This document shows, piece after piece, positions 15,274 through 24,789 of a stretch of 32,000 bases of DNA; positions within the stretch are counted from its first letter, which is position 1, and the number at the start of each line of letters is the position of its first letter. Made by a program: the position numbers and the translations under genes. Origin of the DNA: Geobacter sulfurreducens PCA (lineage in GTDB: Bacteria > Desulfobacterota > Desulfuromonadia > Geobacterales > Geobacteraceae); NCBI RefSeq assembly GCF_000007985.2, contig NC_002939.5, positions 2,700,001-2,732,000 of the forward strand, written 5' to 3'. The notes below the pieces were generated by a model. That model did no database searches and had not been told where the DNA came from. It was given only the letters and a program-made list of their open reading frames with translations.

Positions 15274-16974
15274 ATGAAAAAAAAGAAGGCGCATGCCGCG
15301 GGAGCAGGGCCGAAGCTGTCCGTGACCAATCCCCCCCGCACTTTTTTTGAAGACACGCTGGCGCTGTTCAATTCGAGACGCTTTGACCTGCTGGACCAGA
15401 AGATCAATGAGGCCGTGAACAAATGGCCCAACCACGCCGTGGTCTGGAAGGCGATCGGGGTCATCATGCTCATGGAGGGACGGTTCAAGGAAGCAATCGA
15501 ACCGTTGACCACGGCGGCGAACCTGGCGCAGGGCGATGCGCAGCTGCACCACAACCTCGGGGTGGCATACCTGCGGCTCGAGCAGTATGAAAAAGCCGTA
15601 CCCTGGCTGCAGCGGGCCACCAGCCTCAAGCCGGATTATGCCCAGGCCTTCGCCAACCTGGGTATCGCCCAGGCAGAGATCGGGCTTCTCCAGGCGGCGG
15701 AAAGCAACTATCGCACTGCGCTGAAAATCAACAAGGATTTTCCCGAGGCGCTCAACAATCTCGGCAATGTGCTGAATGATCAGAAACGGTATGGGGAGGC
15801 AGAGGAGTGCTTCCGGAGGGCTCTCGTCCTCAAGCCGGATTTTGCCGAAGCCCTCAATAACCTGGGCACGAGCCTGAAGGGGCTGAACCGGCTGGAGGAG
15901 GCAGAAACCACCTACCGGAAGTCCCTGTCGCTGATGCCGGATTACACCCGCGCCCACATCGGCCTGGGCCACACCCTGTTCAAGCTCCGCCAGCCGGACA
16001 AGGCAGCGGCGAGTTTCCGCCGGGCAATCGAGCTTTCCCCCTACGAACTGGAAGCCCATGACGGCTTGAGCATGACCCTCGGCGACACGGTTCCCCTGTG
16101 GCATCTGCCCATGATGAACGACAAGCCCAGGAACGATGCCTATTTCAATGCCCTGCAGGCCGCGGTCACCCCGGAGACGCGCGTTCTGGAAATCGGGACC
16201 GGATCGGGCCTTCTGTCCATGATGTCGGCCCGCCTGGGCGCACGGCACGTGACAACCTGCGAGGTGGTCACGGCAATTGCCGAGACTGCCGCGTCCATCG
16301 TGAAAGACAACGGATTCGCGGACCAGGTCACCGTGATTCCGAAACTGTCCACCACCCTGGAGGTCGGCGTCGACCTGGAAGAGCGGGCCGATCTGCTCGT
16401 CTCGGAAATCCTGTCGAGCGAATTTCTCGGCGAAGGCGTTCTGAGCAGCATCGAAGACGCAAAACGGCGGCTGCTCAAGCCGGGAGCCCGGATCATCCCC
16501 GCCCGGGGCTCGGTCCGGATTGCCCTGTTCGGCGGACGGGACATCGAAATGAACGTCCGGGTCGACGAGGTCTACGGCTTCGACCTGTCGAGGTTCAACG
16601 ACATCGTGCCCCCGAAGCAGTATGTCGGCAGGAACGATCTCAACATCGAACTGCTGAGCGACGGCATCGGGGCCATTCATTTCGACTTCATGGGCACGGA
16701 TCACTTCCCCACCAGCAGAAGCTACGGCATAGACGTGCCGATCACCAGGGCCGGCAGGTGCTGCGGCGTCATCCAGTGGATACGCCTTGAAATGGACGAT
16801 ACCTTCGTCTTTGAGAACCATCCGGCAGAGAGGAATGTGGCATCCGGCTGGCAGCACTGCGTCTATCTCTTCAAAACCCCCGTCGACGTGCAGCCCGGCC
16901 AGGTCGCGCAGATCATCGCCTCCCACGACATCAGGACCTGCTGGTTCTTTCTGAAGAAAATCGTGACCCCATGA
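15274..16974 (+). CDS. TPR-repeat protein fused to a PRMT-type (protein arginine methyltransferase-like) SAM-dependent methyltransferase
   Basis: 566 aa. About 7 TPR units (aa 40-270). Then HLPMMNDKPRNDAY, motif I VLEIGTGSGLLSMMSARLGA, post-I TTCEV, double-E-like LVSEILSSEFLGEG, and THW-loop-like SGWQHCVY, followed by a beta-barrel-length C-terminus. GGAGG RBS. Confidence 0.88.
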   Translation: MKKKKAHAAGAGPKLSVTNPPRTFFEDTLALFNSRRFDLLDQKINEAVNKWPNHAVVWKAIGVIMLMEGRFKEAIEPLTTAANLAQGDAQLHHNLGVAYLRLEQYEKAVPWLQRATSLKPDYAQAFANLGIAQAEIGLLQAAESNYRTALKINKDFPEALNNLGNVLNDQKRYGEAEECFRRALVLKPDFAEALNNLGTSLKGLNRLEEAETTYRKSLSLMPDYTRAHIGLGHTLFKLRQPDKAAASFRRAIELSPYELEAHDGLSMTLGDTVPLWHLPMMNDKPRNDAYFNALQAAVTPETRVLEIGTGSGLLSMMSARLGARHVTTCEVVTAIAETAASIVKDNGFADQVTVIPKLSTTLEVGVDLEERADLLVSEILSSEFLGEGVLSSIEDAKRRLLKPGARIIPARGSVRIALFGGRDIEMNVRVDEVYGFDLSRFNDIVPPKQYVGRNDLNIELLSDGIGAIHFDFMGTDHFPTSRSYGIDVPITRAGRCCGVIQWIRLEMDDTFVFENHPAERNVASGWQHCVYLFKTPVDVQPGQVAQIIASHDIRTCWFFLKKIVTP

Positions 16975-17036
16975 CATCCCTTCGCACGGGGCAGATCAGA
17001 CATGCATCCCGTATGTAACGTCTTAATGGTGAACCA

Positions 17037-19631
17037 ATGAACCGCAAACTGAGACGAGCCAACCTGAAAGCAAGCGAGCCGACGCCCCACGAGACCGGCA
17101 ATGTAATCAACTACATGCGGCAGGGTCGCTACGCAGAGGCGGCGCATCTTGCAAAGGGCCTTACCGAACGGTTCCCCGATCATGGTTTCGGCTGGAAGAT
17201 ACTGGGGATCTGCACCTTGCTGCTGGGGCAGAACGGGGATGCGCTGCCCCTGTTCCTGAAGGCCGCCGGCCTGTTGCCCGACGACCCGGATATCCACTGC
17301 AATATCGGCATCATCTACTATGAGCTGAATCAGCTCAACGAGGCTGAATACTACTGCCGCTACGCGCTGAAGCTGCGGCCGAACGACGCCATCGCGCACA
17401 ACAATCTCGGCAACATTCTGAGCAGCCTGGGGCGGCTGGACGAGGCGGAAGCCTGTTTCCGCCGCGCCATCGAGAACAACCCGGATCTGGCTCAGGCGCA
17501 CTACAACCTCGGCTCCGCGCTTCAGGCCCTGGGCCGCCTGGAGGAAGCGGAGAGCTGCTATCGCCGCGCAACGGCAATCAGACCGACGTATGAGGAGGCC
17601 TACGCGAGCCTCGGCAACGTCCTTAAGGAAATGGGCCGCCTGGATGAGGCGCTCGAAAGCTGGAAACTGTCTCTCGCGCACCAGGAAGATTGGACAAACG
17701 CATTACGGCGCCTGACCAATCCCCTGCTCATGGACGGGGATCTGACCCGCGGTCCCGAGTATCCCGCCGCGGACGCGGCAGAGGGACAGCCGCGGCAACT
17801 ATCGTCACATCCGGCGGCGGCATCCGTAGAGTCGCTCGACCGGAAGTATCGGGTCCCCTCCCATGGGCATGACGGATCTGCCGAAGCGGGAGCCGTTGCC
17901 GGGAGAGACGAAAACGCGCCCCGCCCCCTGCGCATTGTGTTGGTCTACCCTCCGTTGTGGCAGATACCGTCCGCGGATCTGGCCGTACCGGAAGGCATGC
18001 CGTTCGGCCCGCCCGCCACCGCCGGCGGACCGGTCGCCATCAGCAGGGAACTCAAGACCATTACCCAAGGCGTGCTGTCCATCGCGGCCCAGGCGAAAAA
18101 AGCCGGGCACGACGTCCGCGTGTACAATCTGTTCAACGCGCCCTGGGCCGACATCGTGGCCCTCATCGCCGGAACCGGGGCCGACGTGTACGGCGTATCC
18201 GCCTACAACTCCAACCGGCGCGGCATGGGTGCGCTGTGCGCCCTGATCAGACAGTATCATCCGCACGCCCACATTACCGTCGGCGGCCCCTTCGCAACGA
18301 CGCTCCCCCTTGAAACGCTGCGCTATTACCGCGCGATCGATACGGTTGTCGTCGGCGAAGGCGAAGAGACCTTCATGGAACTGCTCGACCATATCCGCTC
18401 GCACCGGCCGGCAGTTGGAATCCCGGGCACTGCGTGGCGAAACGGCGACGAGGTGGCGCTCGGTCCAGTGCGCCCCCGGATCGGCGACCTCGACACGCTT
18501 GCATCCCATTTTGACTACTATTCAAGCAATATCGTGATGACGTCGCGCGGCTGCCCTTCCAAATGCTCGTTCTGCGGCAATCCCGTATTGTGGGGACGGA
18601 AGATCCGTTTTTACTCCACAGACTACTGCATTGACATGTTCAGGAAGGCACTGGCCCGGCTGCCGGTGCCCTACCTCATGATCGCAGACGACACCTTCAC
18701 CGCCAACCAGCAGCGTACCCTGAACATGTGCGACGCGATCATCGGGAACAAGCTCGACTTTCTCTGGAGCTGCAGCACCCGCGTGGATGCCATGGAGGAC
18801 AAGGTACTGCACAGGATGAGGCGGGCAGGCTGCCAGGAGATCATGATCGGGGTGGAATCGGGGTCACCGGAGATCCTTGAGAGGATACACAAGGGGATCA
18901 CCCCCGAAATGGTCCTCACGGTGACCCGCGCGGCCAAAAAGTACGGCATGCTCGTCCACTACTACATGATGGTGATCAATCGTGGAGAGACGCCCGACAC
19001 GCTCCAGGCGAGCATCGACCTGATCAAGGCCGGTCGGCCCAACAGCTACGACCTCACGCCACTGATGTTTCTTCCGGGCACGGAAGACTACGGTCATCTG
19101 TGCGAACAACAGGGATTGACCTCGGATATCTTCTTCCGGAACGACTTCATGGATATATCCGTGGAAAGAAAGCGCAAAAAAGACCTGGATACGGTCATGC
19201 AGCATCTTTACTGCAGCATCGGAACCATCGGCGGCTACGAATATACCGTAGCGGAAAGGGAAGCCGTCGTGGAGCATCTGCCCGACGTGCCCACCGTCCA
19301 TGTGGAGCTCGCCAACGCATACCTTCGCGCGGGCCAGTTAGACAAAGCCACGGCGGCATTGACTCGGGCAGAGGAGCTGGGCTTCCCCATCGGCAACATC
19401 ATCCTCAACCAGCACGCGTGCATTGCCCTTGCACGCAATCAGATCGACACGTCCCTCGATTTCCTGGAGCGGGCGTGCCGGTCCTTCCCTGACGTCACGG
19501 TGAAGGGCAACTACGATAAACTGGCGGCCTGGATCGACAGCCGTACGAGCGGCCAGGTCAAGCCGTGCCTGCTGTGCGATTCCGTCCGGGCCCAGGATTT
19601 CGTGTTCCGCGCCGATGAAACCGCACCATAG
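17037..19631 (+). CDS. TPR-repeat / B12-binding domain / radical SAM fusion protein
   Basis: 864 aa. N-terminal TPRs similar to those of the upstream gene. Low-complexity linker. Cobalamin-binding-type domain (RIVLVYPP...VGVSAYNS...ITVGGPFAT...VVVGEGEETF). CX3CX2C cluster motif SRGCPSKCSFCGN (Cys codons 18552, 18564, 18573). C-terminal TPR-like helices. Confidence 0.9.
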   Translation: MNRKLRRANLKASEPTPHETGNVINYMRQGRYAEAAHLAKGLTERFPDHGFGWKILGICTLLLGQNGDALPLFLKAAGLLPDDPDIHCNIGIIYYELNQLNEAEYYCRYALKLRPNDAIAHNNLGNILSSLGRLDEAEACFRRAIENNPDLAQAHYNLGSALQALGRLEEAESCYRRATAIRPTYEEAYASLGNVLKEMGRLDEALESWKLSLAHQEDWTNALRRLTNPLLMDGDLTRGPEYPAADAAEGQPRQLSSHPAAASVESLDRKYRVPSHGHDGSAEAGAVAGRDENAPRPLRIVLVYPPLWQIPSADLAVPEGMPFGPPATAGGPVAISRELKTITQGVLSIAAQAKKAGHDVRVYNLFNAPWADIVALIAGTGADVYGVSAYNSNRRGMGALCALIRQYHPHAHITVGGPFATTLPLETLRYYRAIDTVVVGEGEETFMELLDHIRSHRPAVGIPGTAWRNGDEVALGPVRPRIGDLDTLASHFDYYSSNIVMTSRGCPSKCSFCGNPVLWGRKIRFYSTDYCIDMFRKALARLPVPYLMIADDTFTANQQRTLNMCDAIIGNKLDFLWSCSTRVDAMEDKVLHRMRRAGCQEIMIGVESGSPEILERIHKGITPEMVLTVTRAAKKYGMLVHYYMMVINRGETPDTLQASIDLIKAGRPNSYDLTPLMFLPGTEDYGHLCEQQGLTSDIFFRNDFMDISVERKRKKDLDTVMQHLYCSIGTIGGYEYTVAEREAVVEHLPDVPTVHVELANAYLRAGQLDKATAALTRAEELGFPIGNIILNQHACIALARNQIDTSLDFLERACRSFPDVTVKGNYDKLAAWIDSRTSGQVKPCLLCDSVRAQDFVFRADETAP

Positions 19632-19672
19632 TGTGCCGGTGCCACCCTGACCACCACTTTCCCACCCTGCAC

Positions 19673-19701
19673 GGCCCCGCTCACGCGGGGCCTTCGTTTT
19701 T
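19673..19701 (+). terminator. intrinsic terminator ending the TPR-MT / TPR-rSAM operon
   Basis: GGCCCCGC-tcac-GCGGGGCC followed by TTCGTTTTT, 42 nt after the stop codon. Confidence 0.75.
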
Positions 19702-19833
19702 CCCTCCCCGGCCTCCGGCACGCGCGGTCTCTCCGTCTTGATGACTTCTTGATGCGTTTCCCCCCTCTTTTGAGCCTGCTTTGAGGCGCTTTCCGCTAGG
19801 GTAGTAACAAAGAGTTCACGCGGGAGGACGGCC

Positions 19834-20043
19834 ATGAAAGTCTATTTTTTCGATTGCGCCACGGGCGTGTACCAGGGTGAGGGGTTCGAGGACGAGGCAG
19901 TGATCGAGATGATCGAAGGGGTCACGGTCGTGGCGCCGCCACCCTATCGCAAAGGGGAAATACCGGTCTACCAGTGCGAACGCAAGGCATGGACAGTGAA
20001 GCCTCTCTCGCCTGAGACAGAAACCGGGCCAACGCCGGGTTGA
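19834..20043 (+). CDS. small hypothetical protein (69 aa) with an N-terminus resembling tail-fibre-assembly/chaperone-like proteins
   Basis: GGGAGG 7 nt upstream of the ATG. MKVYFFDCATGVYQGEG...VAPPPY...W pattern. Host-like GC. Confidence 0.55.
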   Translation: MKVYFFDCATGVYQGEGFEDEAVIEMIEGVTVVAPPPYRKGEIPVYQCERKAWTVKPLSPETETGPTPG

Positions 20044-20261
20044 CCGGCCGTGCGGGCTCCTCTTTCGACCTGGCGGGGCCGCAGGACGGTACTTGTCCCG
20101 GCCGGTCGGTACCGAGAAAACAATCCAGCAAAACGCCGCACGGCACCGGCTTCACTGCCCCCTCACCAATGCTCCCGTTCGCAATGCAATAAGGGCCGGT
20201 CCCGGCGAGAAGCCGTAAGCGTGCTAGACTTAATGACATCGATCAATTCGGAGACTGTCTC

Positions 20262-22040
20262 ATGAACGTGTACGAATCGCTGCAAACAGTTCTCTTGTTT
20301 GTCGTTCTCCTGGCCATGGTCAAGCCCCTGGGCACCTTCATGGCCCGGGTATTCCAGGGGGAGCGGACGATCCTCTCACCCGTCCTCGCGCCCGCCGAGA
20401 GCCTCCTCTACGGGGTTTGCGGAGTGAACAGTGAAGAGGAGATGGACTGGAAGCGCTATGCCCGGGCCATGGTCCTCTTCAATCTGGTCATTTTCGCGAC
20501 ACTTTTCGCCATGCTGATGCTGCAGCACCTGTTGCCGCTCAATCCGCAGAAGTTTCCGGCCTTCAGCTGGCAACTGGCCCTCAACACCGCCGTCAGTTTC
20601 ACCACGAATACCAACTGGCAGGCCTATGCGGGTGAACAGGCGGCCAGCTACTTCACCCAGATGGTTGGGCTGACGGTGCACAACTTCGTCTCCGCCGCCA
20701 CCGGCATTGCCGTGGCCATCGCAGTTATTCGCGGCTTCGCGCGGCGCACGACCTCCGCGCTGGGCAACTTCTGGGTCGACCTGACCCGCGCGACGCTCTA
20801 CATCCTGGTACCGATCTCCCTGATCGCCGCCCTCGTCCTCGTTTCCCAGGGGGTGATCCAGAACTTCAGCGCCTACCAGGCGGTGTCCCTGGTGCAGCCG
20901 GTCACCTACGACACGCCGAAGCGTGACGGCACGGGAAGCCCGGTCAAGGACCCCACGGGAAATCCGGTCACCGAACGTGTGACCGCCAAGGAGGTCACGA
21001 TCCCCATGGGGCCGGTCGCTTCCCAGGAAGCGATCAAGGAACTGGGGACCAACGGCGGCGGCTTCTTCAACGCCAACTCGGCCCATCCGTTCGAGAACCC
21101 CACTCCCCTTTCCAACATGCTGGAGATCCTGCTCATCCTCCTCATCCCGTTCTCCCTCACCTACACCTTCGGCGCCATGGTGGGGAATACCCGCCAGGGC
21201 TGGACCCTCCTCGGGGTCATGCTCCTGATCCTGCTGGCCTCCTTTGCGGTGCTTCAGGGTGTTGAATCGGGCGGCAATCCGCTGGTGACAAAGCTCGGCG
21301 TTCACGGGGCCAACATGGAAGGAAAGGATACCCGCTTCGGCCTGGCCGGAAGCAGCCTTTTCACGGTCGCAACCACCGGCACATCCTGCGGCGCGGTGAA
21401 CACTATGCACGACTCCCTCACTCCGATCGGCGGCATGATCCCCATGAGCCTGATGCTCCTGGGTGAACTGGTTCCCGGCGGGGTCGGCTCCGGCCTCTAC
21501 ACCATGCTCGCCTTCGCCGTGATCGCAGTATTCGTCTCGGGCCTGATGATCGGGCGCACGCCGGAATACCTGGGGAAAAAAATCGAGGTGCGGGAGATGT
21601 GGATGTCGGTCGTCACGGTTTTGGCTGCCGGCGTCATGGTGCTGATACTTTCGGGAATCGCCATGATCTCTCCGTCCGCCGTGGCCGCCATGGCCAATCC
21701 AGGAGCCCACGGCCTCTCCGAGGTCCTCTACGCCTTCGCCTCCATGGCCAACAACAACGGGAGCGCCTTTGCGGGGCTCTCGGCCAACACGACCTTCTAC
21801 AACATCCTCGGCGCCCTGGCAATGATCGTCGGACGGTTCGCCCCGGCAGTGGCGGTGCTCGCCATGGCCGGCTCCCTGGCGGAGAAGAAATACGTACCGC
21901 CGAGCCTCGGGACCCTGCCGACGGACAAGGTGCCGTTCGCCCTCTGGCTGACCCTGGTCATCCTCATCGTCGGTGCGCTCACCTTTTTCCCGGCGCTGTC
22001 GCTCGGGCCGATCGTGGAGCACCTGACCATGACGATGTAG
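20262..22040 (+). CDS. kdpA: potassium-transporting ATPase subunit A
   Basis: 592-aa polytopic protein with KdpA motifs ([27 protein letters not shown]), followed by kdpB and kdpC. Confidence 0.96.
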   Translation: MNVYESLQTVLLFVVLLAMVKPLGTFMARVFQGERTILSPVLAPAESLLYGVCGVNSEEEMDWKRYARAMVLFNLVIFATLFAMLMLQHLLPLNPQKFPAFSWQLALNTAVSFTTNTNWQAYAGEQAASYFTQMVGLTVHNFVSAATGIAVAIAVIRGFARRTTSALGNFWVDLTRATLYILVPISLIAALVLVSQGVIQNFSAYQAVSLVQPVTYDTPKRDGTGSPVKDPTGNPVTERVTAKEVTIPMGPVASQEAIKELGTNGGGFFNANSAHPFENPTPLSNMLEILLILLIPFSLTYTFGAMVGNTRQGWTLLGVMLLILLASFAVLQGVESGGNPLVTKLGVHGANMEGKDTRFGLAGSSLFTVATTGTSCGAVNTMHDSLTPIGGMIPMSLMLLGELVPGGVGSGLYTMLAFAVIAVFVSGLMIGRTPEYLGKKIEVREMWMSVVTVLAAGVMVLILSGIAMISPSAVAAMANPGAHGLSEVLYAFASMANNNGSAFAGLSANTTFYNILGALAMIVGRFAPAVAVLAMAGSLAEKKYVPPSLGTLPTDKVPFALWLTLVILIVGALTFFPALSLGPIVEHLTMTM

Positions 22041-22089
22041 GGGCGAATCTTGTATTCGCCCGCTCGGTGGGCGATCACAAGGATCGCCC
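22041..22089 (+). repeat. pair of REP-like hairpins filling the kdpA-kdpB spacer
   Basis: GGGCGAAT-cttgt-ATTCGCCC (22041-22061) and GGGCGATC-acaag-GATCGCCC (22069-22089). Both have perfect 8-bp stems, their loops are reverse complements, and the second unit approximates the inverse of the first. Confidence 0.8.
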
Positions 22090-22104
22090 CTACAGGAGAC
22101 GATA

Positions 22105-24174
22105 ATGACCAAACACGCCCCGCAGCCGATATCCATTTTCGATCCGCAGATCATGCGGCCCGCCCTGATCGAATCCTTCAGGAAGCTCGACCCCCGCACC
22201 CTCTGGCGCAACCCGGTCATGTTCATGGTGGAAATTGCCAGCATCATCACCCTGGCAACCTTCTTCATGTCGCTTGCCGGCGCGGGGGAGGAGCCGGCCT
22301 GGTTCACCGGCCTCGTGTCGCTCTGGCTCTGGTTGACGGTCATCTTCGCCACCTTCTCCGAGGCGTTGGCGGAGGGGCGCGGTAAAGCGCGCGCCGCCAG
22401 TCTGCGGAAGACCCGCACCGAGGTGATGGCCAAACGGCTCAACAAGCCGGAATTCGGCAGTGATTTTACCGTGGTCGGCGCCAATCAGCTCTGCAAGGAT
22501 GACTATATCCTGGTGGAGGCGGGAGAGCTGATTGCGGGCGATGGCGATGTCTTCGCCGGCGCGGCCCTGGTGAACGAGGCAGCGGTGACCGGCGAGTCGG
22601 CGCCGGTGGTGCGGGAATCAGGTGGAGACCGGAGCGCCGTCACCGGCGGGACCAAGGTGATCGCCAACGCCATCATCGTCAGGATCACCGCCAATCCGGG
22701 TGAGACCTTCCTCGACCGGATGATCTCCATGATCGAGGGGGCCAAGCGACGCAAGACCCCCAACGAAATCGCCCTGGAGGTGCTCCTCATCGCGCTTACG
22801 GCAGTCTTCCTGCTCGTGTGCGCCAACATCAGCCCCCTCTCCGTCTACAGCGTGAGGGCTGCCGGTCAGGGGTCGCCGGTATCGCTCACGGTCCTGGTCG
22901 CCCTCTTCGTCTGCCTGGCGCCAACCACCATTGCCGCTCTGCTGCCCGCCATCGGCATCGCCGGCATGGACCGGCTCTTCCAGAAAAACGTCATTGCCCT
23001 GTCGGGACGGGCCATCGAGGCGGCCGGAGATGTTAACGTGCTCCTTCTCGACAAAACCGGGACCATAACCCTGGGAAACCGTGAGGCGGTGGAGTTCATC
23101 CCGGTCGGCGGACACACCGACAAGGAGGTCGCGGAAGCGGCGCTCATGGCGTCATTGACCGATGAAACTCCCGAAGGGAGGAGCATCGTGGTGCTGGCCA
23201 AACAGAAGTACGGCATGAAGGCGGAGGCGCTCGCGGCAGATGCCGAAACCGTCACCTTCAGCGCCGAAACCCGCTTGTCCGGTCTTAATGCCGGCGGCAG
23301 ACAGTACCGCAAGGGGGCTTCCGACTCGACGGCCGCCTTCGTCAAAAGCCTGGGGGGAAAGAGCATCCCGGGCGATCTGGAGGCTGTGGTGGACAAAGTC
23401 GCCCGTGCCGGGGCAACTCCGCTCGTGGTCAGCTGCGACGCCGAGATTCTCGGGGTGGTCAACCTGAAGGACATCATCAAGGGAGGCATCCAGGAACGGT
23501 TCCAGCAACTGCGGAGCATGGGGATCAAGACCGTTATGATCACCGGCGACAACCCCCTCACCGCCGCGGCAATCGCCGCCGAGGCACAGGTGGACGACTT
23601 CCTCGCCCAGGCAAAGCCCGAGGAGAAACTCCGCCTGATCCGGGAGAACCAGGCAGCCGGGTACATGGTGGCCATGACCGGCGACGGTACCAACGACGCC
23701 CCCGCCCTGGCCCAGGCGGACGTGGCGGTAGCCATGAACACGGGCACCCAGCCGGCCAGGGAGGCTGCCAACATCATCGATCTGGACTCGAACCCGACGA
23801 AGCTCCTCGATATCGTAGAGGTTGGGAAACAGATCCTCATGACCCGCGGAAACCTTACCACGTTCAGCATCTCCAACGATATCGCCAAATATTTCGCTAT
23901 CGTCCCGGCGATGATGCTTTCCGTCTACCCCCAGTTGGGAGCGTTGAACATCATGGGTCTGGCGACCCCCATGAGCGCCATCCTGTCGGCCGTCATCTTC
24001 AATGCGGTAATCATTCTTCTGCTGGTGCCGCTGGCGTTGAAGGGAACGAAGTTCCGACCGATGCCGGCCGAGAAGCTGCTGATCAACAACCTCCTGATCT
24101 ACGGGTTGGGAGGGGTAATCGCGCCATTCGTCGGCATCAAGGCGATTGACATGGTGGTGGGGCTGTTTGTGTGA
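22105..24174 (+). CDS. kdpB: potassium-transporting P-type ATPase subunit B
   Basis: 689 aa with DKTGTIT phosphorylation site, [34 protein letters not shown]. Confidence 0.97.
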   Translation: MTKHAPQPISIFDPQIMRPALIESFRKLDPRTLWRNPVMFMVEIASIITLATFFMSLAGAGEEPAWFTGLVSLWLWLTVIFATFSEALAEGRGKARAASLRKTRTEVMAKRLNKPEFGSDFTVVGANQLCKDDYILVEAGELIAGDGDVFAGAALVNEAAVTGESAPVVRESGGDRSAVTGGTKVIANAIIVRITANPGETFLDRMISMIEGAKRRKTPNEIALEVLLIALTAVFLLVCANISPLSVYSVRAAGQGSPVSLTVLVALFVCLAPTTIAALLPAIGIAGMDRLFQKNVIALSGRAIEAAGDVNVLLLDKTGTITLGNREAVEFIPVGGHTDKEVAEAALMASLTDETPEGRSIVVLAKQKYGMKAEALAADAETVTFSAETRLSGLNAGGRQYRKGASDSTAAFVKSLGGKSIPGDLEAVVDKVARAGATPLVVSCDAEILGVVNLKDIIKGGIQERFQQLRSMGIKTVMITGDNPLTAAAIAAEAQVDDFLAQAKPEEKLRLIRENQAAGYMVAMTGDGTNDAPALAQADVAVAMNTGTQPAREAANIIDLDSNPTKLLDIVEVGKQILMTRGNLTTFSISNDIAKYFAIVPAMMLSVYPQLGALNIMGLATPMSAILSAVIFNAVIILLLVPLALKGTKFRPMPAEKLLINNLLIYGLGGVIAPFVGIKAIDMVVGLFV

Positions 24175-24219
24175 CTACGGTGCAGGGGCAATTCATGAAT
24201 TGCCCTACGGGAGAACATC

Positions 24220-24789
24220 ATGAAAGAACTGAAACCCGCCATCCTGATGCTCATCATCTTCACCATCCTCTGCGGCGGCATCTACCCGGCGGTCGTCACC
24301 GGCATCGCCCAGGCCGTATTCCCGAAGCAGGCCAAGGGGAGCCTCATCACCGATGCGCGGGGACGTGAGGTCGGCTCGACCCTCATCGGACAACCATTCT
24401 CCGGGCCGAAGTATTTCTGGCCCCGTCCCTCGGCCACCCCTGAATTCGGTTACAACCCGGCCGGTTCCGGGGGTTCCAATGCCGGCCCCGCCAATCCTGC
24501 ATACCTGAAAACGGTCGGAGAGCGGATCAAGGCTCTCCGTGACGCCGGCATCAAGGGCAGCATACCGGCTGATCTTGTCCAGGCCTCGGCCAGCGGCCTT
24601 GACCCCCATATCTCGCCGGAAGCGGCGAAGGTGCAGATCCCCCGCGTCGCCAGGGCCCGCGGGATGAGCGCAGGGGCGTTGAGCAGGCTCATCGCCGCCC
24701 ATACAGAGGACCGTCAGCTCGGCTTCCTTGGAGAACCGCGGATTAACGTGCTTGCTCTGAATCTGGCATTGGATACACTGATGCCATGA
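24220..24789 (+). CDS. kdpC: potassium-transporting ATPase subunit C
   Basis: 189 aa, single N-terminal TM (AILMLIIFTILCGGIYPAVVTGI), KdpC-like ...ASGLDPHISPEAA. Position between kdpB and kdpD. Confidence 0.93.
   Translation: MKELKPAILMLIIFTILCGGIYPAVVTGIAQAVFPKQAKGSLITDARGREVGSTLIGQPFSGPKYFWPRPSATPEFGYNPAGSGGSNAGPANPAYLKTVGERIKALRDAGIKGSIPADLVQASASGLDPHISPEAAKVQIPRVARARGMSAGALSRLIAAHTEDRQLGFLGEPRINVLALNLALDTLMP

Noticed and set aside
20044-20261. Looked for kdpF, a second c-di-AMP riboswitch, a sigma54 promoter or a KdpE direct-repeat box upstream of kdpA.
   Set aside because: No small hydrophobic ORF is present (only a 10-codon hydrophilic ORF overlapping the kdpA ATG). No GGGGACCCA/CAGCUAACC blocks and no TGGCAC-N5-TTGC were found. 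Only a weak extended -10 (TGcTAGACT, about 20221) and a GCAATGCAAT repeat are present, which is too weak to call.
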